Shown here piece by piece: positions 1 through 9,743 of a stretch of 64,000 nt of DNA. Both the position numbers and the translations under genes were made by a program. This DNA comes from Candidatus Gemmiger faecavium (GTDB lineage: Bacteria; Bacillota; Clostridia; Oscillospirales; Ruminococcaceae). Positions within the stretch are counted from its first letter, which is position 1. The number at the start of each line of letters is the position of its first letter. A model generated the notes under the pieces. The model worked only from the letters and a program-made list of their open reading frames with translations. It made no database searches and was not told where the DNA came from. The stretch covers positions 12,470 to 76,469 of the forward strand of contig DXFO01000022.1 in assembly GCA_019114415.1 (NCBI GenBank). The letters run 5' to 3'.

Positions 1-485
1 TCATCGCCGGCGCTTCCATCACCGACGAGCGCAAGGAATCCGGCTGGATCTTCTCCGACGGTTACTACAACGCCACCCAGACCATCGCAGTTGCTGAGGA
101 TTCCACCATCACCAGCTTCGAGGATCTGCGCGGAACCAGCGTCGCCGTCAAGAACGGCACCGCCGGTGCTGACTACGCTGAGAGCCTGAAAGACGAGTAC
201 GGCTTCACCATCACCTACTTTGACGATTCCCCCACGATGTATCAGGACGTCATCATCGGCAACTCCTCCGCCTGCTTTGAGGATACCCCCGTTATGATCT
301 CCTACATCAAGCAGAAGGGCATCGCCCTGAAGGTTCCCGAGGGCTTGGAGAGCGAGGGTGCTCCTTACGGCCTGGCTATCATGAACGAAGACAACCAGGC
401 TTTCCTGGATATGTTCAACGCCGGCCTGGCCAACATTCAGGCCAACGGCACCTATGATGCGATCATCGAGAAATACCTCGGCTGA
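1..485 (+). CDS. Polar amino-acid ABC transporter substrate-binding protein, 3' part (5' end outside window)
   Basis: Frame open from position 3 (IAGASITDERKESGWIFSDGYY...VAVKNGTAG...YGLAI...FNAGLANIQANGTYDAIIEKYLG*), typical PBPb C-terminal half; followed by permease and ATPase. Confidence 0.88.
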   Translation, partial: IAGASITDERKESGWIFSDGYYNATQTIAVAEDSTITSFEDLRGTSVAVKNGTAGADYAESLKDEYGFTITYFDDSPTMYQDVIIGNSSACFEDTPVMISYIKQKGIALKVPEGLESEGAPYGLAIMNEDNQAFLDMFNAGLANIQANGTYDAIIEKYLG

Positions 486-632
486 TCGCTGAACCCCTGC
501 GGCGAAACAACCCGCCGCAAACTCTTTGCAACACCCCAAAACCAAGAGAGCGCACGGCCGTTATCTGCTGTGCGCTCCCTCTTTGAAAAAAACGGACTTT
601 TAATTCTATACTCGTGGTAAGGAGGGGCCTTC

Positions 633-1301
633 ATGCTGAGAATCATTCAGACCTACGGCACAATGATGGTCGCGGCAATGGGACAGACGCTTCTGCTGGC
701 TCTGCTCTCCCTGTTTTTTGCCTGCCTGCTGGGCCTGTTTTTCGGCCTGCTCAGCACAGTCCGCAATCGTGCCTGCAATATCATCGGAGCGATTTACGTC
801 GATGCCATCCGCGGATGGCCGTTGATTGTTCTGGCATATTTCGTTTACTTCGGCATTCCCATGATGATCCAAGGAATGGGATTCAAGAGTTTCCGCATGG
901 ATAGTCTGCAGGCCGGCGTTATTGCGCTGTCGCTCAACTGCGGCGCCTACATGGCAGAGATCATCCGTGCCGGTATCCAGAGCGTCGACAAGGGGCAGAT
1001 GGAAGCCGCGCGCAGCCTTGGTCTGAGCTACGGCAAGAGTATGTTCCGGGTCGTTCTGCCGCAGGCAATCCGCACCATGATCCCCAGCATCATCAACCAG
1101 TTCATCATTACGCTGAAGGATACCTCGATCCTGTCTGTCATCGGTTTCCCCGAGCTGACCAACACAGCGAAAAACGTCTCGGCCATCTTCGGCCTTCCCA
1201 TGCAGGCCTGGCTGTTGTGCGGCCTGATGTATATGGTCGTCATCATTATTCTGAGCAAGCTTTCCAAAAACATCGAGAGGAGGATCAACCGTGGCCGATA
1301 A
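633..1301 (+). CDS. Polar amino-acid ABC transporter permease (HisM/GlnP family)
   Basis: RBS aaggagg; EAA loop '[25 protein letters not shown]', '[11 protein letters not shown]'. Confidence 0.93.
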   Translation: MLRIIQTYGTMMVAAMGQTLLLALLSLFFACLLGLFFGLLSTVRNRACNIIGAIYVDAIRGWPLIVLAYFVYFGIPMMIQGMGFKSFRMDSLQAGVIALSLNCGAYMAEIIRAGIQSVDKGQMEAARSLGLSYGKSMFRVVLPQAIRTMIPSIINQFIITLKDTSILSVIGFPELTNTAKNVSAIFGLPMQAWLLCGLMYMVVIIILSKLSKNIERRINRGR

Positions 1302-2028
1302 CATCAAAATCCACGTATCCAATCTTGTCAAGCGCTTCGGAAATCTGGAAGTGCTCAAAGACATCTCGATGGACGTCCGTGAAGGCGAAGTCGTTGTTCT
1401 GCTGGGTCCGTCCGGCAGCGGCAAGAGCACGTTCCTGCGCTGCCTCAATCGTCTGGAGAATCCCTCCGGCGGTCAGATCGTCATTGACGGGCATGACATG
1501 ACCGACAAGCACACCGATCTGAACAAGGTCCGTGAAAACATCGGCATGGTTTTCCAGCATTTCAATCTGTTCAATCATCTGACGGTGATGCAGAATCTGA
1601 CGCTGGCCCCCATCGAGACCAAAAAAGCCACCCGTGCCGAGGCCGAGAGCACCGGCCGCAAATACCTTGAAAAGGTCGGCCTGCTGGATAAGGCAGACGC
1701 CTATCCCAGCCAGCTTTCCGGCGGTCAGAAACAGCGTGTTGCCATCGCCCGGGCTCTGTGCATGCACCCCGACATCATGCTGTTCGACGAACCCACCAGC
1801 GCTCTGGACCCGGAAATGGTCGGTGAAGTCCTTTCCGTCATGCAGCAGCTGGCACGCGACGGCATGACCATGGTGGTCGTTACCCATGAGATCGGCTTTG
1901 CCCGCGAGGTTGCCAGCCGTGTCGTGTTCATGGATGGCGGCTACATCGTGGAGGAAGGCACTCCTGAAGAAGTGATCCTGAACCCGAAGGAACCCCGTAC
2001 CATCGACTTCCTGAGCAAAGTTCTGTAA
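1291..2028 (+). CDS. Polar amino-acid ABC transporter ATP-binding protein (GlnQ family)
   Basis: Walker A GPSGSGKS, signature [15 protein letters not shown], Walker [14 protein letters not shown]; GTG start overlapping permease end. Confidence 0.95.
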   Translation: MADNIKIHVSNLVKRFGNLEVLKDISMDVREGEVVVLLGPSGSGKSTFLRCLNRLENPSGGQIVIDGHDMTDKHTDLNKVRENIGMVFQHFNLFNHLTVMQNLTLAPIETKKATRAEAESTGRKYLEKVGLLDKADAYPSQLSGGQKQRVAIARALCMHPDIMLFDEPTSALDPEMVGEVLSVMQQLARDGMTMVVVTHEIGFAREVASRVVFMDGGYIVEEGTPEEVILNPKEPRTIDFLSKVL

Positions 2029-2055
2029 TCTTTCGGTTTTCGTTCCGATCCAAAC

Positions 2056-2091
2056 AAAAAGAGCCTGGCCTGAATGACCGGGCTCTTTTTT
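2056..2091 (+). terminator. Intrinsic terminator after the ABC operon
   Basis: aaaaa-gagcctggcc-tgaat-gaccgggctc-tttttt hairpin plus T tract. Confidence 0.8.
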
Positions 2092-2127
2092 CAGTCTCTT
2101 TCATTGCACCGCTATTTCAACCAATAC

Positions 2128-2169
2128 AAAGCGCCCCTGTTTCTGCACAATCAAAAACAGGGGCGCTTT
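2128..2169 (-). terminator. Terminator hairpin downstream of tRNA-Leu(TAA)
   Basis: Perfect 15-bp inverted repeat aaagcgcccctgttt...aaacaggggcgcttt directly 3' of the tRNA. Confidence 0.8.
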
Positions 2170-2170
2170 G

Positions 2171-2257
2171 TGGTGCCGCTAACCGGGGTCGAACCGGTAC
2201 GGAATTTCTTCCGAGAGATTTTAAGTCTCTTGTGTCTGCCTATTCCACCATAGCGGC
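2171..2257 (-). tRNA. tRNA-Leu (anticodon TAA)
   Basis: Reverse complement: acceptor GCCGCTA/TAGCGGC-A-CCA, D arm GGTGGAATAGGCAGAC, anticodon arm AGAGA-CTTAAAA-TCTCT, long variable arm, T loop GGTTCGACCCC. Confidence 0.97.
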
Positions 2258-2274
2258 ATGACACTGTGAGTATT

Positions 2275-2303
2275 ATTTTACATCACCGCTTCCCCATTGT
2301 CAA
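2275..2303 (-). promoter_or_regulatory. Sigma-A promoter of tRNA-Leu(TAA)
   Basis: TTGACA (2303-2298) -17 nt- TAAAAT (2280-2275). Confidence 0.8.
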
Positions 2304-2314
2304 ACCGCATACGC

Positions 2315-2343
2315 TAGGCAAACTGTGCGGATTATGTTACAAT
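2315..2343 (+). promoter_or_regulatory. Putative sigma-A promoter (extended -10) of the DUF6311-rluA unit, divergent from the tRNA promoter
   Basis: TAGGCA -17 nt- TACAAT with TGn extension. Confidence 0.55.
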
Positions 2344-2403
2344 GCTTATGCTGTGAATGTGATACATTTCCATAAACTTTTCAGGCAAGGAGGGCTGTCG
2401 CTC

Positions 2404-4392
2404 TTGGCATCAAAACTTTCCTCCAACAGAAAAATCTTACTCTTTTTTGCAGGCGGTTTGCTCGGCGTATTGGCTTTTTTGCTTATTTACGGCATTTCGC
2501 CGCTGGACTTTACCAACGATGCTTTTTGCCGTGGCGGATACATTGAAAAAGACATCCAGCAGCACTATGCGGGCTGGCTTTTTTACCGGCAGAGCGACCT
2601 GAGTTTCCCGTTCTGTGTCACACAAAACCTCAATTATCCTGATGGGCTCAGCGTCGCTTACACCGACTCGATCCCGCTGTTTGCCGCTTTCTTCCGCCTT
2701 CTTTCCCCGATCCTTCCGGATACTTTCCAGTATTTCGGATTGTTTACCCTGCTTTGCTTTTTCCTGCAGGGTGCGTTCGGTGCCCTGCTGACTGGCCTGT
2801 TTGCCCGCGGCTTTCTCGTCCCGCTTTTGGGCGATATTCTGTTTGTCACAAGCCCGGTCCTGTTGGAACGTGCCTTTCGCCACACTGCCCTGGGGGCACA
2901 GTTTTTTATCCTGGCAACGCTTTACTACTATTTTGATCGCAGACGGCAGAATCGTATGCCCGGTGCGGGGCTGTTTCTCTTGAATGTTGCCGCCATCACG
3001 ATCCATCCTTATTTTCTGCCCATGACCTACGCCGTGACCCTGGCGTTGCTGGCAGAATACGCTGTCACAAAGCGGAAGTTTACCATGCCCGCTCTCTACC
3101 TGATTGCTGATCTTGCTGCAACGCTGGCCGCAGGCTGGGCATTCGGGCTGTTCCATGGCTCCGCCTCCGGAGGCAGCGACGCGCTGTACGGCTATTTCGG
3201 GCTGAACCTCAACGCCCTGTGGAATCCGGTAGGTGTCAGCGGAGTGCAGTGGAGCCGCCTGCTCCCCGCACAGAATCAGGTAGGCGGAAACTACGATGCT
3301 TTCGCCTACCTGGGCCTTGGCGTACTGATTGTTTTGCCGGTCGCCGCATTCGTTCTTGCCTTGCAGCGAAAGCTCAAAGTGAAAGCCTTGCTGCGCAATC
3401 ATTGGATGCTCGTCATTGTATGCGCCTTGCTGTCCATCTTTGCGGTCAGCAATGTTGTGACCGCAAACGGAGCCACCCTTCTGAATCTTCCCCTACCTGC
3501 ACAGCTGCTGTCCCTCTGTTCCATATTCCGTTCAAGCGGCCGTCTTTTCTGGCCTGTTTACTACCTGCTCATGCTGGCCGGATTTGTTTTTACCGTGAGA
3601 GCTCTTTCCGAGAAGCGTCAATATTATCTTCCGCCGATCATTCTTGCCGTTCTCTGTGCAGTACAGCTTTGGGATATCTCTCCCGGTATCCTTCAGCGCC
3701 GAAATGCCATGCAGCAGGCCCAAACCCAGGATGCTTTCCCCACAAGCCTTGTCAGCAGCTTCTGGCAGGAGGCACAAATCCGCTATGACCATATCTTTTC
3801 CCTCAACGGTCTCCAGGACGACGCGCTGCATCTGGCGCTTTATGCGGCAGACAACGGCATGACGACAAACGATCCCTTTGCCGCACGATATGATGCCAGC
3901 GCTTTGGAAGCGTCCCGCCAATCCGCTCTTGAACGCATTTTGTGCGGCGAGTTGGATACTGACACGCTGTACCTGTTCCACGACGAAACCGAATTTCTGA
4001 AGTATGCCGACGCGGCCGCAGAGATTGCCTGGTGCGGAGAGGTTTCTTCTCCTGACGATACCGCACACTGGTACGTAATTGCACCCGGGATGCAGGATTT
4101 TGTCGGAGATGAATTCTGCACCCCTTACGGGGAGAACTATCCCCTGCGCCTGGCGGACTATACCGATCAGCTGTGGAATCGAGGGGTTCTGGGCAGTGAC
4201 AAAAAGACGGTCTGCTTTGCGGACTCCGCCTTTACCCGTTCAAGGCTGGAGAATGCCTCCGCCATCTGCGCTGACGGTCAAGTTTATGAGATCCTGAAAT
4301 TTGACGACAGCGACCCCGGCTGGCTCATGCTGACACTGGACATCGACGACGCCACTGTATTGTGGGATAAAGAACTGGAGACGATTTCATGA
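2404..4392 (+). CDS. DUF6311-type multi-pass membrane protein (putative GT-C glycosyltransferase), paralog 1
   Basis: Many TM segments; motifs DIQQHYAGW, YTDSIP, FQYFG, IHPYF, NLNA, YLGLG, FRSSGRLFWP; TTG at 2404 with RBS aaggaggg preferred over ORF-track start 2266. Confidence 0.75.
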   Translation: MASKLSSNRKILLFFAGGLLGVLAFLLIYGISPLDFTNDAFCRGGYIEKDIQQHYAGWLFYRQSDLSFPFCVTQNLNYPDGLSVAYTDSIPLFAAFFRLLSPILPDTFQYFGLFTLLCFFLQGAFGALLTGLFARGFLVPLLGDILFVTSPVLLERAFRHTALGAQFFILATLYYYFDRRRQNRMPGAGLFLLNVAAITIHPYFLPMTYAVTLALLAEYAVTKRKFTMPALYLIADLAATLAAGWAFGLFHGSASGGSDALYGYFGLNLNALWNPVGVSGVQWSRLLPAQNQVGGNYDAFAYLGLGVLIVLPVAAFVLALQRKLKVKALLRNHWMLVIVCALLSIFAVSNVVTANGATLLNLPLPAQLLSLCSIFRSSGRLFWPVYYLLMLAGFVFTVRALSEKRQYYLPPIILAVLCAVQLWDISPGILQRRNAMQQAQTQDAFPTSLVSSFWQEAQIRYDHIFSLNGLQDDALHLALYAADNGMTTNDPFAARYDASALEASRQSALERILCGELDTDTLYLFHDETEFLKYADAAAEIAWCGEVSSPDDTAHWYVIAPGMQDFVGDEFCTPYGENYPLRLADYTDQLWNRGVLGSDKKTVCFADSAFTRSRLENASAICADGQVYEILKFDDSDPGWLMLTLDIDDATVLWDKELETIS

Positions 4393-5330
4393 AAGAGATC
4401 CGTGTAAAGAGTCTGCTCCCGGTCCGGCTGGACAAGTATCTGTCCGAGCAATATCCTGTTTTGGGGATCGGCCGCCTGAACAAAGCTCTCCGCGAAAACA
4501 AAATCAAACTAAACGGCAAAAAGCAGCCGCTTTCCACACGCGTTCAAAACGGTGATATGATCCGTCTTTACCTGACCGACGAGCAGCTCGGTCTGGCTGC
4601 CAAAAACGGTCCCGCCTTCCTCTCTTTGCGTCCTGCCGAACTGATTTATGAGAATGACGATCTCATTGTGGCGAACAAGCCCGCAGGCATTCCGGTGGAA
4701 GGCCCGGACGCCGATACCCTGGTCAACCGTGTCTGCAAGGCGCTGCACGATGCCGGGCGCCTGGATTCCCGCGCACTTCCGCGGTTATGCCATCGTCTGG
4801 ATACCGGTACCAGCGGCCTGGTGCTTCTGGCGAAAACGCCTCAAGCGGAGGAGTTCCTTCTGGAAGCCATCCGCAAGCGCAGCATCCGAAAACGGTATCT
4901 CTGTGTGACGTTTGGACGCCCGCAGCCCGCAGAAGCCACTTTGCACGACTATCTGCTGAAAGATGCCGAAAGCGGCACCGTACACGTCATAAAATCTGCC
5001 CGTCCTGGTGCAAAAGAGATCATCACCCAGTACGAGACCCTCTCCGTAAGCGGGCGTCTGGCGCTGCTGCGAGTCGAGCTTGTGACGGGACGGACACACC
5101 AGATCCGCGCTCACCTTGCCAGTATCGGATGCCCGATTTTGGGGGATTCCAAATACGGCAACAACGCTGCGAACCGGGAGTTGAAGCTCAAATATCAGGC
5201 CCTCTGCGCCTGGGAGATTGCTTTTCCCCAACAAATCGAATCGCCTGCCTTCCGCTATCTTGAAGGCAAAAGTTTCCATGCGCCGAAACCATGGTATTAC
5301 CAGCAGGTCCTGGACGGCACATTGAAATAA
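4389..5330 (+). CDS. RluA/RluC/RluD-family RNA pseudouridine synthase with N-terminal S4-like domain
   Basis: 'NKPAG', catalytic 'CHRLDTGTSG', 'TGRTHQIRAH', 'HPILGD'-like 'CPILGDSKYG'; ATGA overlap with upstream gene. Confidence 0.93.
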   Translation: MKEIRVKSLLPVRLDKYLSEQYPVLGIGRLNKALRENKIKLNGKKQPLSTRVQNGDMIRLYLTDEQLGLAAKNGPAFLSLRPAELIYENDDLIVANKPAGIPVEGPDADTLVNRVCKALHDAGRLDSRALPRLCHRLDTGTSGLVLLAKTPQAEEFLLEAIRKRSIRKRYLCVTFGRPQPAEATLHDYLLKDAESGTVHVIKSARPGAKEIITQYETLSVSGRLALLRVELVTGRTHQIRAHLASIGCPILGDSKYGNNAANRELKLKYQALCAWEIAFPQQIESPAFRYLEGKSFHAPKPWYYQQVLDGTLK

Positions 5331-5348
5331 GCTCAACAAATCTATGCA

Positions 5349-5398
5349 AAAAACAGGCATGCCTCTTTTCCACCTTCGGAAAAGGCCATGCCTGTTTT
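5349..5398. terminator. Bidirectional terminator between convergent rluA and rnmV-like genes
   Basis: aaaacaggcatg...catgcctgtttt inverted repeat with A/T tracts on both sides. Confidence 0.75.
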
Positions 5399-5399
5399 G

Positions 5400-6032
5400 T
5401 TATTTGATAGGTTCTTTTTGCGTCTCGGAACTTCCTTGATGTACCGCTTCACACTCACGTTCCAATGCATCGCGGGTATACAGGATATTCAAAACCTCAA
5501 GCAGTTCCTTTTTACTCAAGCGAGGCGGCAGCCCCAACCGACGGAGAAACTCCCGGCGAAACTCCGAGCAGTCGGGACGCCCGGAAAGCCCCCACTCATA
5601 CAAATCGCTGTACGAAATGGATTGCGGGCATTCCCCATCCTCAGGCAAAGGCAAATCGGCCGCCGTTGCTGTGCGAAGGCCTTCCAGGATCAGTTCATTG
5701 GGTATCCCTTCCACGCCGAGCAAGCCCTCCTTGCCCGGCTCGGCCTTGCGCTTTTCTTTGCCGGGCAAAGCCGGCACATACGCCTGTGCAACATGGGCAG
5801 CACCGACCAGTTTGGTCACGAAATGCCGGATACGAAATCCCGCCGCATCGGAATCCGTCAGCACAATTAACCCCTGGGTCCGTCCCAGCCGCTTAAACAG
5901 CTGCTGCATTTCCTTGTCCTTGAAGATGGCAAAACCGTCCGTTGTCAGGATGGTTCCCTCCACAATGCCTGCCAGGCGGGCTGCGTCATATTTTCCTTCC
6001 ACCACAATGGCTCGGTTTGTCTTGAACTTCAT
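5400..6032 (-). CDS. rnmV: Ribonuclease M5-like Toprim protein (DUF4093 C-terminus)
   Basis: Toprim 'IVVEGKYD' and 'LTDSDAAGFRIR'; 'KEGLLGVEG'; 'LGLPPRLSKKELL'. Confidence 0.8.
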   Translation of the reverse strand: MKFKTNRAIVVEGKYDAARLAGIVEGTILTTDGFAIFKDKEMQQLFKRLGRTQGLIVLTDSDAAGFRIRHFVTKLVGAAHVAQAYVPALPGKEKRKAEPGKEGLLGVEGIPNELILEGLRTATAADLPLPEDGECPQSISYSDLYEWGLSGRPDCSEFRREFLRRLGLPPRLSKKELLEVLNILYTRDALERECEAVHQGSSETQKEPIK

Positions 6033-7060
6033 CGGCGTCCTCCTGCCAGCGCCAACTCACACAGCGCCTTTTGGAGCAAAAGGTCATTGTCCAGTTTGCT
6101 GCGTTTCAGATCAAGATCCAGCTGCTGCAAAATATTCAGGCTCTTCTCAATCTGACGGCGGTCAAAGCGTGCGGCGGCTTTTTCTGCGTTCCCCAAACGG
6201 TAGTTCCATTTGCCGGAGTATCCGAAATCTTTGGCCAGTTCCGCCATCTGGCGGCGGCTTTTCCGTGCGATGAACGCACGATAAATATCAAGATAGTTAC
6301 CGATGAGCGCACCAGCGATCAAAATCGGATCATTCTGCAAAGCCAGCAGGACTCTCAGCTTTTGCAGGGCTTTTGCCGTCTGTCCCGAAGTGACGAGCTT
6401 GACCATGTCAAAGGTATCTGCATCCAGCGTGACCGTGCCCAGTTTGCGGATCATGTCGGGTGTGATGGTCTCGTAATCTGCCAAAGCTGCGAGTTTTTCA
6501 ACCTCGTTTCGCAACAGGAACTGATCTTCTCCGCATCGGTCGATCAAAAGGCTTTCCGCCCCCGGTGCAAAGGATGCACCGATTTCCTGCGCCCAGTCCC
6601 GCAGCATGCCCTGCAGCGCCGTGCGGCCCGGCTTTGCGACCTGCGCACAATAGCCCAGCTTTTCACACGCGGTAATCAGTTTCTGTTCCCGCTTGCCGGG
6701 TTTGATTTTGCCGTAATGCTCTTCCAGAACACTAGTCAAAATAAAGACTGCGTTCTCGGTATCCGTCAGCGTATCACAAAATTCCTGCAGATCCTTATCC
6801 GAATAGGCGGACGGCTTGACCAGCGGCATTAATACCAGACGCTTGCCGCCAAAAAAGGAGATCGTACCTGCCGCCAATACAATTTCTTCAACGCTCGGCG
6901 TAGGTCCCGAAAGTACCGTTGTCTCGGGATCGTCCTTGGACAGCGCGTGTTCCGTTTTCGCCGCCGCATCACGGACCAGTGCCTCGTCGGAGGCATAGAA
7001 ATAATATACGGCACAGCCTGCTTTGATCCGTTTATTCAGTTCATTCTCACTGTATAGCAT
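6029..7060 (-). CDS. holA: DNA polymerase III delta subunit
   Basis: 'ISFFGGKRLV', 'LRNEVEKLA', C-terminal 'LQQLDLDLK'; follows comEC as in Firmicutes. Confidence 0.88.
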   Translation of the reverse strand: MLYSENELNKRIKAGCAVYYFYASDEALVRDAAAKTEHALSKDDPETTVLSGPTPSVEEIVLAAGTISFFGGKRLVLMPLVKPSAYSDKDLQEFCDTLTDTENAVFILTSVLEEHYGKIKPGKREQKLITACEKLGYCAQVAKPGRTALQGMLRDWAQEIGASFAPGAESLLIDRCGEDQFLLRNEVEKLAALADYETITPDMIRKLGTVTLDADTFDMVKLVTSGQTAKALQKLRVLLALQNDPILIAGALIGNYLDIYRAFIARKSRRQMAELAKDFGYSGKWNYRLGNAEKAAARFDRRQIEKSLNILQQLDLDLKRSKLDNDLLLQKALCELALAGGRR

Positions 7061-9155
7061 GTTCCGTCACTCCGTCAAAAACAGCCGATGTGCCCGGCCG
7101 TATGGTCAGTTCAGGGATATCTGCCGCATACAAAAGGCGGGCTTCACCGACCTCCTCCAGCCAGGAGACCGCTCGGGATGTATAGAGGATCGTTCCGGCA
7201 TCGATGTTATCCGGATAGGAAGCCCCGGCGCAGTAAACGTCAATGACAAGTGCTTCCTCCGTTTTGATCTTGCCGGACTGGATACCAACAGTATACCCGC
7301 TTATTTCCATCACTGCAAGGTTGCCGCCGGAGGTGTGCCACAGTTCCAGTACAACATCCTCCCAGACTTCCACCCGTTCGACGCCTTCTTCGGCAGTGTC
7401 CATCTCAATGACCCGGTCGGCGTCAAATTCCATTTCTCGGGGTGACTGCCGCAGATCTACCAGAATCGTCTGCGAAAGTCCGCCTTCGTCGGCCAGGTAT
7501 TCTTCCACCGCACGGAGATTGGAATCCCCGCCCCGGAACAAAACAACCGCCTGACCATCGTGTGTCATCACTGCGCAGCCGTTTCCCGCCGTGCCTACCA
7601 CTGCGATGCGTACCACATCCCGCTGCAGGGCAAATCCCAGCCCGATCGCAGCGGCCGAGCACAGCAATGCCGCCGGCAGATACCACAGCATCCGCCTCAT
7701 CTTCCAGAATATCAGCGCCAGAAGCCCAAGCACGGCAAGCACAAACAAGGTATAGGTTTCCGGCAGGGCAAGGCGCGCAGCCGGCAGTGACGCGCACCAC
7801 TGCACAACGGCATACATCCACTTTAACCAGACGGCAAGCAGCAGGCTGAACGCTTTCATACAGGGCGCAAGAATGGGCAGCAGCGAAAACAGTACCACTG
7901 CAATTCCCAAGACCAGGGCCGGGCTCAGCATCCAGACGACAAGCAGGTTCGTCAAAACGCTTACCCCGCTGGCCGTCATGCCATGGGCAAGCAGAACCGG
8001 CAGCGTGGCAAGGCTTGCCAATACGGTACACTGCAGCGTGCCAAGTCCCGAAAGAGCAAACCCTCGCACAAGTTCTCCACGCTCCGTTTCCGGCTGAGGA
8101 AGCGTTCTGTCCTCCCAGCGAGAAATTGCAGATGCCGCCTGTACGCCAAGGACTGCGCTGAAAGAAAGCTGGAACCCCAGATCACACGGAAAATAGGCGT
8201 TTTGCATTCCCAGAACGATTGCCACCAGTCCCATGGAAGTCAGCGTATCCGGCGGCTGTATCAAAAACCGCCCCAGCAGCGTGATGAGAAAAACGCATCC
8301 TGCGCGGACTGCCGATACCGGGAAGCCGATCAGTGCCATATAAAATATCAGCAAAGCCGCCTGCATCAGGATCCGTGGTCTGGAAAAGCGGCGGCGGATG
8401 TCCCGTTCCGAAACAAGCAGCCCGCACAAAAGCGCCACATGCAGGCCGGACACAGCCAAAAGATGGGATACTCCGGCCACCCGAAAGGTATCTTCCACCT
8501 GGTCATCCAGATATATTTTGTCACCCAACAGCATTGCCGCTTCCACCCCGGCGGTCTGACGCGGCAGATACATCCGCAAGCGGCGGGAAAGTTCCATCCG
8601 AAGCCGGTACAGTCCGAATTCCAGATCGTCGCTCTCCCCCAGATATTCATATCCATCCAGGTATTCTGCGTTGAGGTAAACACCGTCGGCATAACGGTTC
8701 ATGCGGTAGGCATCCGCTTCCATTTCTTCCAGTGTGACCCGTGCGGAAAACACCTCTCCCGCAGAAGCTCCGGGAAAGGCTGAACAATATACCCGAAGGT
8801 CCGCTTCTTCGCCGTCCAGTTCCGTGACATGGAGCGTGGCAGAGATCATGCCCTCCCGATAAGATGCGGATGCGTCTGTCTGAACCGTTGCGACGATTTC
8901 CGCGGTCCTGCCGGAGAGGTTCAGCGCCGGGCGCACCACAAACCACTGATACAGCGTGCTGCACGCCAGGGCCAGAAGCACGGCCAGCATCAGCGGCACT
9001 GCCACAACACGGGCATCTTCGGAACGGATGGCCGCCATCACTCCCACCGCAACGAAAATAGCCGCTGCCAGCCAAACAGCCGACAGCGGCAGATAAGCCG
9101 CGGAAAGTTCCGTCAATGCAAATGTCAGACCAAAAACCGCGAGCTTGCGCGCCAT
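7047..9155 (-). CDS. comEC: ComEC/Rec2-family competence membrane protein
   Basis: Competence domain 'FRVAGVSHLLAVSGLHVALL', 'SAVRAG', 'DLGFQLSFSAVLG'; start set at ATG 9155 (MARKLAVF) just after the PRTase stop. Confidence 0.85.
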   Translation of the reverse strand: MARKLAVFGLTFALTELSAAYLPLSAVWLAAAIFVAVGVMAAIRSEDARVVAVPLMLAVLLALACSTLYQWFVVRPALNLSGRTAEIVATVQTDASASYREGMISATLHVTELDGEEADLRVYCSAFPGASAGEVFSARVTLEEMEADAYRMNRYADGVYLNAEYLDGYEYLGESDDLEFGLYRLRMELSRRLRMYLPRQTAGVEAAMLLGDKIYLDDQVEDTFRVAGVSHLLAVSGLHVALLCGLLVSERDIRRRFSRPRILMQAALLIFYMALIGFPVSAVRAGCVFLITLLGRFLIQPPDTLTSMGLVAIVLGMQNAYFPCDLGFQLSFSAVLGVQAASAISRWEDRTLPQPETERGELVRGFALSGLGTLQCTVLASLATLPVLLAHGMTASGVSVLTNLLVVWMLSPALVLGIAVVLFSLLPILAPCMKAFSLLLAVWLKWMYAVVQWCASLPAARLALPETYTLFVLAVLGLLALIFWKMRRMLWYLPAALLCSAAAIGLGFALQRDVVRIAVVGTAGNGCAVMTHDGQAVVLFRGGDSNLRAVEEYLADEGGLSQTILVDLRQSPREMEFDADRVIEMDTAEEGVERVEVWEDVVLELWHTSGGNLAVMEISGYTVGIQSGKIKTEEALVIDVYCAGASYPDNIDAGTILYTSRAVSWLEEVGEARLLYAADIPELTIRPGTSAVFDGVTEHAIQ

Positions 9156-9156
9156 A

Positions 9157-9705
9157 TCAATGGAAGAAAAGCGGCAGCGGTTCCAGGAAGAAGATATCGG
9201 TGCGCTTGGCAGCATCACCCTCCGCCAGAGCTGCACAGCAGCCCACGACGGTGCCGGTGCTGCGTGCGGCCAGCGTCTCCAGCGCATGCAGAGAGCCGCC
9301 CGTAGAGATCACGTCATCCACGATCAGGATGCGCTTGCCGTTCATGCACTCAATGTCCTTGCGGTCAATGACCAGCGTCTGCTTTCCTGCCGTAGTGATG
9401 GATTCATCTTCGATGATGACCGGATCACGCATATACAGCTTCGCTCCCTTGCGGGCAGGAATCCACTGTTTTCCGCTTTGACGGGCCATTTCGTAGGCCA
9501 GAGGAATTCCCTTTGCTTCCGCAGTCAGGATCACATCAAACTCCGGGCACTTTTTCAGCAGCTCCCGGGCACAGGCCACGGTCAGCTCCACATCGCTGAA
9601 CATGATGAACGCCGCAATGTCCATATGATCGTTGACCTTGCAGATGGGCAGTTCACGAGTCAGACCCGCCACATGGAGAGTATAGGTATCTTGCATGTTT
9701 TTCAC
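9157..9705 (-). CDS. Type I phosphoribosyltransferase (adenine PRTase-like)
   Basis: PRPP-binding loop 'ILIVDDVISTGGSL', 'TAEAKGIPLA', 'ARK'. Confidence 0.85.
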   Translation of the reverse strand: MKNMQDTYTLHVAGLTRELPICKVNDHMDIAAFIMFSDVELTVACARELLKKCPEFDVILTAEAKGIPLAYEMARQSGKQWIPARKGAKLYMRDPVIIEDESITTAGKQTLVIDRKDIECMNGKRILIVDDVISTGGSLHALETLAARSTGTVVGCCAALAEGDAAKRTDIFFLEPLPLFFH

Positions 9706-9743
9706 TCTTTCTTTTTGGCAAACATAACACGGATGGCCGGTTC

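Noticed and set aside
9156-9287. 44-aa N-terminal extension of comEC in the ORF track
   Set aside because: Overlaps the PRTase gene; ATG 9155 next to its stop is the more plausible start
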